A DNA stretch of 64,000 bases from Minisyncoccota bacterium (lineage in GTDB: Bacteria; Patescibacteriota; Minisyncoccia; Phycocordibacterales; JABAAK01). Shown one piece after another: positions 58,042-64,000 of the stretch. Location of the stretch: NCBI GenBank assembly GCA_963668425.1, contig OY764332.1:41241-105240 (forward strand), read 5' to 3'. The notes below the pieces were generated by a model, which did not search any database, was not told the origin of the DNA, and saw nothing but the letters and a program-made list of their open reading frames with translations. Both the position numbers and the translations under genes were made by a program. The number at the start of each line of letters is the position of its first letter. Position 1 is the first letter of the stretch.

Positions 58042-59514
58042 ATGACACAAAAACGCCCGCCAATTATTGCTGTAGTAGGTCATATAGACCATGGAAAGTC
58101 AACCCTTCAGCATGCGCTTCGTAAAGCAGATGATGACCTGTCTGAAGCAGGTGACATTACCCAGCACATTGGTGCATATGAATTGCATGCCCGATATGAA
58201 GGTGCGGAACGTAGGGCAACCATTATAGACACCCCTGGTCATGAGGCATTTTCTATGGTGCGAGAACATGGACTTGATCTTGCTGATATCGCTCTTTTGG
58301 TTATCTCCTCGGAAGAGGGGTGGAAAGAGCAAACTGCAGAAGCGTATGCCACGATACAGGAGAAGCAATTGCCGCATATTATTGTGTTTACCATGATTGA
58401 CAAGTCGCAGGCGAATATAGAGCGTGCGAAGCAGACCGTGATGCAGGCAGGGGTGCTTCTTGAGGGGCTTGGTGGCTCAGTGCCGTGGATTGGGGTCTCA
58501 TCAATCACTGCCGAAGGTATCAGTGACTTAGTAGAGCTCATATTCCTTACGACTGATGTATATGAAATTATAGAAGACCGAAAAGATGGTTCGGTCGGTA
58601 TTCTTGTTGAGGCAGTGGTTGACTCAAAAATTGGCATAACCGGCACTGTTATTGTATTGCAAGGGGTGCTGGAGCAGAGTAAGTATATTCGTGTTGGTGA
58701 CACTATCGCCCCGTTGCGCATTATGAAAGATGATAAAGGAGGAATGATCTCTGCCGCAAAGCCGTCTATGCCAGTACAAGTTGCCGGCTTTAATGCTATC
58801 CCACTGGTTGGCACTTCGGTGTTTCTGTATACGACAAAAAAAGAGGCGCTTGAAGCGATAGAGAAACATCAATCGCTCAGTAGTCAAAAGGATACTGCAG
58901 ATGAGACAAAAAAGGTTGTTATCCCCCTTGTTTTGCGATCAGACACTGCATCTGGACTCTCCTCCATACAACAGGCGATTGATACGGTTGCCTCGGATGG
59001 TGTGCAATTTACGATCATCAAAAGTAGCGTGGGAAATATAACTGAAGAGGATGTTCGTCTCGCCCTTGCCCAGTCGGGCGGACAGGTGCTTGGTTTTCAT
59101 ACCCAAGCCGATCAACGGGCAAAGCATCTCGCCGAGCGGAGTAGTATTTCTATTAACCTCTTCCCTACTATCTATGAAGTGGTGCAATGGGCAACGCTAC
59201 TTTCAACACAAAAACAAGAAGCGTATGAGATACAAAATCCGACTGGCACTGCAGACATTATTCGTATTTTTGAAGAACAGCAAGCGCAAAACATCTACAT
59301 TGTTGGCGCACAAATACAGAATGGCTCTTTTTCTGTGGAACAGCATATCGCTATTCTCAGAAATAAAGACATTGTTGGGCGGTTTGTCGTTGAGTCCATT
59401 GAGCAGCGAAATAGTACACAGGAGATGGCATCTGGTGAAAAAACACAGTTTGCAATGCGTATTCGTGGCACTGGTGAGGTGAAGGTGAGTGACACTGCAT
59501 TTGCACTTCCTTAA
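58042..59514 (+). CDS. infB: Translation initiation factor IF-2, short form lacking the N-terminal domains.
   Basis: G1 motif AVVGHIDHGKSTL; G3 motif DTPGHEAF; C-terminal beta-barrel domains. rbfA follows 24 bp downstream, as in infB-rbfA operons. Length is 490 aa. Confidence 0.85.
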   Translation: MTQKRPPIIAVVGHIDHGKSTLQHALRKADDDLSEAGDITQHIGAYELHARYEGAERRATIIDTPGHEAFSMVREHGLDLADIALLVISSEEGWKEQTAEAYATIQEKQLPHIIVFTMIDKSQANIERAKQTVMQAGVLLEGLGGSVPWIGVSSITAEGISDLVELIFLTTDVYEIIEDRKDGSVGILVEAVVDSKIGITGTVIVLQGVLEQSKYIRVGDTIAPLRIMKDDKGGMISAAKPSMPVQVAGFNAIPLVGTSVFLYTTKKEALEAIEKHQSLSSQKDTADETKKVVIPLVLRSDTASGLSSIQQAIDTVASDGVQFTIIKSSVGNITEEDVRLALAQSGGQVLGFHTQADQRAKHLAERSSISINLFPTIYEVVQWATLLSTQKQEAYEIQNPTGTADIIRIFEEQQAQNIYIVGAQIQNGSFSVEQHIAILRNKDIVGRFVVESIEQRNSTQEMASGEKTQFAMRIRGTGEVKVSDTAFALP

Positions 59515-59538
59515 AAGCAACGTACTATATTTACCACT

Positions 59539-59844
59539 ATGCAAAAGAACCCATTTCGCACCGGTAGAGCACATACCGTACTACATCAGGCAATAGCCAA
59601 TTTTCTCAAAGAAAATGCTAATGATGAGCCATTTATTACTATATCGTATATTGACCTCAACAAAGCAGGAACAACCGTTACGGTCTATTGCTCTGTCTTC
59701 CCAAAAGAGCAACAAGAGTCAGTGCTCACTTTTCTTAAACGTAAAGAATCTCATTGTCGTGATCATCTTAAGAAACACACTGCCTTACGTATAGCCCCTG
59801 CCGTTCGCTTCGTCCTTGCAAAAGAGGTTTCTTTTGATGCTTGA
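59539..59844 (+). CDS. rbfA: Ribosome-binding factor A.
   Basis: 101 aa; ...RAHTVLHQAIANFLKEN...ITISYIDLNKAGTTVTVY... (KH-like RbfA pattern). Position is directly after infB. Confidence 0.82.
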   Translation: MQKNPFRTGRAHTVLHQAIANFLKENANDEPFITISYIDLNKAGTTVTVYCSVFPKEQQESVLTFLKRKESHCRDHLKKHTALRIAPAVRFVLAKEVSFDA

Positions 59845-60067
59845 ATCACCGATGGCATCCTGTTTGCTTTAAGATGGTACTTGTTGCCATGGTGGCAAAT
59901 AAAAAAAGCGGTAATGCCTAGGCATTACCGCTTCCTAATGAACAAAACAACTAGCGAATGAACAAAAAACATGGAACTGTCCGAGGACAGTTTCGCCACC
60001 ATGCTTTTCATTCCATTCATTACCAGTGTACCGCCATCACCACTTTCAAGCAAGAGGATATTTTCAG

Positions 60068-60139
60068 AGGCGTGGGCGGGAATCGAACCCGCGTATAGAG
60101 GTTTTGCAAACCCCTGCCTTACCACTTGGCTACCACGCC
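60068..60139 (-). tRNA. tRNA-Cys (anticodon GCA), CCA not encoded.
   Basis: Reverse complement GGCGTGG-TA-GCC-AAGTGGTAA-GGC-A-GGGGT-TTGCAAA-ACCTC-TATAC-GCGGG-TTCGATT-CCCGC-CCACGCC-T. Confidence 0.8.
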
Positions 60140-60203
60140 AGTACTGGTATTCTGCCATAGAAAAATAAAAACAGCACACCGTTTTATAACGGTATGCTGT
60201 TAG

Positions 60204-60824
60204 CTAAAGATCACCCACCTTTTTTGCCGCTCGCTTTTGCCCGGCGGCTTTTAACTTTTTCTCCACACTCTTTTTTGCAGATTTATACTGCTGCTCAGTG
60301 AGTGTGCTGAGCCACACATCAACACCATCCTTCCCAACAGAGAACCGGTAGATATGCATGCCTTTCTTTCCCATGAAAAGCACTATACCCATTTTTGTTT
60401 CATCTCCCCTGCTCTCTTGGAACTTGCCACTGATTACCTTCCCTTTTAGATTGAGAAGAAACGTGTCAGCGGACTTGCCAAACGCTCTTTCAGAGATTAG
60501 CAGTGAAGGGGCTCTCTGCTCTCCATGCATTGCTTCATCTGCGACCATCGCTGGCAGAGAAAGCGTCTTGGTTGCAACCGCTTTTTCTCTTCCCAGTAGC
60601 AATCGCAACTTTCGGCTGAGTGGGCGTAGGTAGAGATTGTTTCCTCTGTACAGCGCAACCATCTCAACCTCTTCTGCTTCAAACACCACTCCAATTTTCT
60701 TTTCAAACCCGGGAAGGGAAAGAAAAACTGCGCTTTCTTCTTTATCAGAATCAGAATTTGCGGCTGCATCCGTAAAGGATAGCAAGCATATCACTACCCT
60801 TGCTATCAGCAAAACTTTCTTCAC
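60204..60824 (-). CDS. Secreted hypothetical protein.
   Basis: Signal peptide MKKVLLIARVVICLLSFTDAAANS. Length is 206 aa. Confidence 0.5.
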   Translation of the reverse strand: MKKVLLIARVVICLLSFTDAAANSDSDKEESAVFLSLPGFEKKIGVVFEAEEVEMVALYRGNNLYLRPLSRKLRLLLGREKAVATKTLSLPAMVADEAMHGEQRAPSLLISERAFGKSADTFLLNLKGKVISGKFQESRGDETKMGIVLFMGKKGMHIYRFSVGKDGVDVWLSTLTEQQYKSAKKSVEKKLKAAGQKRAAKKVGDL

Positions 60825-60957
60825 AATTCACCTCTCCAAATCCAATCAAAATCAAAATATCAACTTACTATATATTATACCCCATTTCTTCTATTTTGAC
60901 AAGTTCTTGATAGCACCTTTAAGGTTTACTACACCACCAGTCAATTTTTGAAATAAG

Positions 60958-61043
<86 letters not shown>

Positions 61044-61044
61044 G

Positions 61045-61117
61045 TCCGCCCACTAGGGCTCGAACCTAGGACCTACCGGTTAAGAGCCGGTTGCTCTACC
61101 AACTGAGCTATGGGCGG
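61045..61117 (-). tRNA. tRNA-Lys (anticodon CTT), CCA not encoded; 3 nt upstream of tRNA-Leu(TAG).
   Basis: Reverse complement CCGCCCA-TA-GCTC-AGTTGGTA-GAGC-A-ACCGG-CTCTTAA-CCGGT-AGGTC-CTAGG-TTCGAGC-CCTAG-TGGGCGG-A. The C1-G72 first pair is unusual but fully paired. Confidence 0.72.
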
Positions 61118-61535
61118 AGTGAGCAGACAGTAAAAGAATACCACAGTATTCTTTTGTTTCTGCGAACGACAAGTTTATCAAACTACGGCTTGATATGGGC
61201 GGAGTGAGCAGACAGTAAAAGAATACCACAGTATTCTTTTGTTTCTGCGAACGACAAGTTTATCAAACTACGGCTTGATATGGGCGGAGTGAGCAGACAG
61301 TAAAAGAATACCACAGTATTCTTTTGTTTCTGCGAACGACAAGTTTATCAAACTACGGCTTGATATGGGCGGAGTGAGCAGACAGTAAAAGAATACCACA
61401 GTATTCTTTTGTTTCTGCGAACGACAAGTTTATCAAACTACGGCTTGATATGGGCGGAGTGAGCAGACAGTAAAAGAATACCACAGTATTCTTTTGTTTC
61501 TGCGAACGACAAGTTTATCAAACTACGGTCTGATC
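61111..61535. repeat. Perfect tandem array of 5 x 85 bp (the last unit diverged at its end). Unit 1 begins inside the 5' end of tRNA-Lys, and each unit carries an A4-stem-loop-stem-T4 hairpin.
   Basis: Unit: tgggcggagtgagcagacagtaaaagaataccacagtattcttttgtttctgcgaacgacaagtttatcaaactacggcttgata. Copies start at 61111, 61196, 61281, 61366 and 61451. tgggcgg is the reverse complement of the tRNA-Lys 5' acceptor strand. Hairpin: AAAAGAATAC-caca-GTATTCTTTT. Confidence 0.95.
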
Positions 61536-61614
61536 TTGGCAATGAATGGGTGTTTTATAGTATACCGCAAAAGACAGTTACAATTTCCGCATACTTGCTA
61601 TACTGAATGCATAA

Positions 61615-61696
61615 GCCGGAGTGGCGGAATTGGTATACGCGCACGACTTAAAATCGTGTATCGCAAGATATGTGGGTTCAAGTCCCACCTCCGGCA
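61615..61696 (+). tRNA. tRNA-Leu (anticodon TAA), long variable arm, CCA not encoded.
   Basis: GCCGGAG-TG-GCGG-AATTGGTAT-ACGC-G-CACGA-CTTAAAA-TCGTG-TATCGCAAGATAT-GTGGG-TTCAAGT-CCCAC-CTCCGGC-A. Confidence 0.85.
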
Positions 61697-61748
61697 CAAA
61701 AAATTCTGCCTCCTCGTGGCGTCTACTAGTCAGCGTCAATCAGAGATT

Positions 61749-61822
61749 GCCGGCATTGGTATACGCACTGGTCTTATAGCAGTGAGGTTACACCCATGGA
61801 GGTTCAAGTCCTCTCCTCGGCA
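61749..61822 (+). pseudogene. Degenerate tRNA-Leu(TAG)-like copy. It has a 5' acceptor/D-arm deletion and a disrupted anticodon stem, so it is a probable tRNA pseudogene or integration remnant.
   Basis: GCCGGCATTGGTATACGCACTGGTCTTATAGCAGTGAGGTTACACCCATGGAGGTTCAAGTCCTCTCCTCGGCA. The 3' 50 nt are identical to tRNA-Leu(TAG) at 60958-61041. The 5' part lacks about 9 nt of acceptor/D-stem, and the anticodon-stem 3' half is replaced (GCAGTG versus ACCAG). Confidence 0.5.
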
Positions 61823-61834
61823 CTAAACACAATT

Positions 61835-61868
61835 CCGCCACCCTATTGGGTGGCGGTCGTTTATTTTT
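61835..61868 (+). terminator. Rho-independent terminator after the plus-strand tRNA pair.
   Basis: CCGCCACCC tatt GGGTGGCGG tcgtttattttt. Confidence 0.6.
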
Positions 61869-61924
61869 AATAAAAAAATTGGCACCGATTCATTGCTGAA
61901 TCAGTGCCTGAGTTAAAAGATCAA

Positions 61925-62566
61925 TTATCGGCGCAATCCTCGGAACCTTCGACGCTCCTGCCACTCATGTGAGTGGTTTGAGTGGTGCGTCCCGAGGGCA
62001 CGAAACCCTATGATTGCCGGCCGAGTGCGGCGAACTTCTTCCCGTACTAGAAATCTCTTGGTGCCGGCCGACCCTTCCAAGGAGATTATGGGGGCGTTAT
62101 AATGCACCGTCATATCTCCTCCGGCAGTGTGGGCAACACCACTGTTTCCTACGGAGGTAACAGTCCGGGATTTGTTCACCGGGTACTTCTCAAGAAGCTT
62201 CTCCAGCAACGCAATGGTTGCTACGTCTTCCAGTTTTTCCTTCCCTTCCTCCTTCGCTTGGAGGACCTCAAGGGCTACCTCCTGGACCTCTGGGTTGTCT
62301 TCCCCGAGGTCCTGCCCTGTCAGTCCAGCCACCCACTCCAGGACCCCTTCTAGGCTGATATGTTTTGGTAGCCCTACTATCCTGGCGTTGGAGCCAATGT
62401 CTGTCCCCAGATCAACCTTTACGGTCAAATCTGTCTCTAGAGCCTGCCCTTTTTTTAATGCCGGATCAGGACGATGCCCAAGGCGGAATACCTCGTCGGC
62501 ATTAGCAAGTGTAACATTAGCCACCACAGTGAAAGCAAACATAACAAACAATTTTAAAAATTTCAT
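61925..62566 (-). CDS. Secreted hypothetical protein, shorter paralog of 54857..55918 (track ORF 61925..62662; start taken at the Met preceding the signal peptide).
   Basis: MKFLKLFVMFAFTVVANVTLANA signal. ...LTGQDLGEDNPEVQEVALEVLQAKEEGKEKLEDVATIALLEKLLEKYPVN and ...RRTRPAIIGFRALG parallel the paralog. The local GC is visibly higher than the window average. Confidence 0.5.
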   Translation of the reverse strand: MKFLKLFVMFAFTVVANVTLANADEVFRLGHRPDPALKKGQALETDLTVKVDLGTDIGSNARIVGLPKHISLEGVLEWVAGLTGQDLGEDNPEVQEVALEVLQAKEEGKEKLEDVATIALLEKLLEKYPVNKSRTVTSVGNSGVAHTAGGDMTVHYNAPIISLEGSAGTKRFLVREEVRRTRPAIIGFRALGTHHSNHSHEWQERRRFRGLRR

Positions 62567-62850
62567 TTCCTTTTCCTTTCCTGGCAAAATGCCAGGGTAA
62601 AAATTGAGTTTTTCATCAGAACCTCTGATGATTATTTTTCGGGCACATAGCCCGCATAACATGACTAAAAACTATCACGTTATGTGGACTATGTTTCCTT
62701 TTAAGATTTTCAATGTGTCTCTATTTCGTCCTACCATGGACTCATCAGGTAAACGGTATCAGTTTACGATAGAGGGAGTTTTTTAATAGAACTCCTTGGA
62801 AAACTATAACAGATTCTGTTCACACGCTCTGTTGGACGTGTAAATGTTCG

Positions 62851-63909
62851 CTATTCTGGCACTACGCTTAGTGCCAATCCATCTCTTGATACGTCAAGTT
62901 GAACGTATCCCCCCACAATCTTCTTTCCGTCCAGCTTGACGGGGATACCCTCTCTCTTAATGAAATCTGTTGCCGCCTGCTTGTATGCGGCAGTATTTAG
63001 AGGGATACTGACTTCGTGATCCTTATAAATTAAATCCTTTACCTTTTTCACGGACTTATCACTTATCTCTCTGAGTCCGTATGATCCCAGGATTCCGGGA
63101 TCGGCAGAGGCAGTTTCCTTGGCAGTGGCGGTTTTTCCATCTTCCTCCTCCACCTTCTGAAACATGACTACTTGCCTTACGGCGTAGTCATATCCCATAT
63201 AACAGGGAAAAGCATTAGATGGGTTTTCAAACCCATTTTGATACTGAGAGAAGACCTCCATGATCTCCTTTCTTCCCTGCAGACATCCATACCCGAAATG
63301 GGTTTCTTTCGGGTCTTGATCCAGGACCCTTTGAATCACCGCCTGGAGCTGTGCCCGATTCTTAATTTCCATTGGAATCAGCTCGCGGACATTTCGGTAG
63401 GACAACACTTTTGGTTCTGTCCCAGACTTGCTTTCCCGAGTCAATCTTACGAATTTATTGGGAAATTCCGAGTGTTGGTAGATCCTCTGACCTTTTACAT
63501 CCTCATACAGACCAAGCTGGTCGAGGATGTGGGTTTCCAGATCGTCTATGGAGACCTGGGTCCCGAGCAGTGCTGATCCGACCCTGTAAGACTCCCTCCA
63601 TAGATCTTCTGGGCTTAATACCCTTATATCTACGTCTGTTTTCACAGACGGCACCTCTACTGTCAGCTTTGACCTGTGAGGCCAATAGCTGACAAGTGCC
63701 CGACGAGTGTTCGTCTCCTTGACAATCTCTTCAATCGCCTCTTGGAGGCGATCTGGATCTAGGTCCAATGCCTCGGCAAACTTATTCCGTCTTTCCTGGT
63801 GGACCGGGTGGGTACTTACTGCTCTACGCTCCATGTAGGGCAGGAACCGAACAGAAGGCATACTCTGTTCAGACCCTTTCTTATATGCCCACCACACTTT
63901 GGCGGACAT
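62851..63909 (-). CDS. Hypothetical protein (352 aa from the ATG at 63909; the reading frame stays open upstream to the window edge, so the gene may be longer).
   Basis: ORF with no recognised motifs. The in-frame upstream sequence to 64000 (...SADKEAILEAAQKGFESDLKFFEIQATPGI-MSAKVWW) has no stop. The region has higher GC than the rest of the window. Confidence 0.45.
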   Translation of the reverse strand: MSAKVWWAYKKGSEQSMPSVRFLPYMERRAVSTHPVHQERRNKFAEALDLDPDRLQEAIEEIVKETNTRRALVSYWPHRSKLTVEVPSVKTDVDIRVLSPEDLWRESYRVGSALLGTQVSIDDLETHILDQLGLYEDVKGQRIYQHSEFPNKFVRLTRESKSGTEPKVLSYRNVRELIPMEIKNRAQLQAVIQRVLDQDPKETHFGYGCLQGRKEIMEVFSQYQNGFENPSNAFPCYMGYDYAVRQVVMFQKVEEEDGKTATAKETASADPGILGSYGLREISDKSVKKVKDLIYKDHEVSIPLNTAAYKQAATDFIKREGIPVKLDGKKIVGGYVQLDVSRDGLALSVVPE

Positions 63910-64000
63910 AATCCCTGGAGTTGCCTGGATCTCAAAAAATTTGAGATCTGACTCAAATCCTTTTTGAGCTGCTTCCAGGATTGCCTCTTTGTCAGCCGAT

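Noticed and set aside
59925-60179. ORFs 59925..60179 (-) and 59971..60168 (+).
   Set aside because: They overlap tRNA-Cys and the intergenic region and have low-complexity translations.
61111-61535. Possible CRISPR array.
   Set aside because: The units are identical 85-bp direct repeats with no unique spacers and there are no cas genes nearby. It is classified as a tandem repeat.
61494-61826. ORF 61494..61826 (+), 110 aa.
   Set aside because: It spans tRNA-Leu(TAA) and the degenerate tRNA-Leu copy.

Overview
This 64-kb window is from a low-GC, gene-dense bacterial chromosome. Several housekeeping genes look streamlined: IF-2 is only 490 aa, ValS 717 aa and Rel 495 aa, and most tRNA genes do not encode CCA. 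This, together with many lipoprotein and secreted genes, fits an uncultured reduced-genome lineage such as CPR/Patescibacteria; that placement is inference only.

Main content:
1. Positions 1-9980 are one giant minus-strand gene of more than 3326 codons that runs off the window. It encodes a secreted surface protein built of repeated Ig-like 'DGYIN...C...YYxC...DxAGN' modules and contains a near-perfect 1161-bp internal tandem duplication. Just upstream, with its own terminator, is a 731-aa secreted repeat protein whose promoter region carries an 11-nt poly-C tract.
2. Housekeeping genes: dnaE, rnhB, msrA, rel, parB, rplY, valS, groES-groEL, an Mpl/MurC-type ligase, ychF, infB-rbfA, an M16 peptidase, an aldehyde dehydrogenase and a MutY-like glycosylase.
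3. Eleven tRNA loci, including a Leu(TAG)-Lys(CTT) pair and a Leu(TAA) plus a degenerate Leu copy. Between them is a 5 x 85-bp perfect tandem array that starts inside tRNA-Lys.
4. Two restriction-modification/defence islets. The first (21.2-24.7 kb) holds a C5-cytosine methyltransferase plus a GHKL/MORC-like ATPase, inserted between two ~1.3-kb direct repeats created by duplication of a TolB-like beta-propeller gene. The second (38.6-41.7 kb) holds a beta-class SPPY methyltransferase, a MutH/MvaI-like PD-ExK nuclease, a bacterial-PH membrane protein and a HEPN-like protein.
5. A three-gene flavin-trafficking redox module (42.0-44.9 kb): the flavin transferase ApbE, an extracytoplasmic FMN-binding-domain protein, and a fusion of an RnfD/NqrB-like membrane domain with an FNR-like FAD/NAD(P)H domain.
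6. An Amidase_3 cell-wall hydrolase carrying a C-terminal domain that closely matches the T9SS type-A sorting domain.

All calls rest on reading motifs by eye and on the supplied ORF track. No database searches were run.
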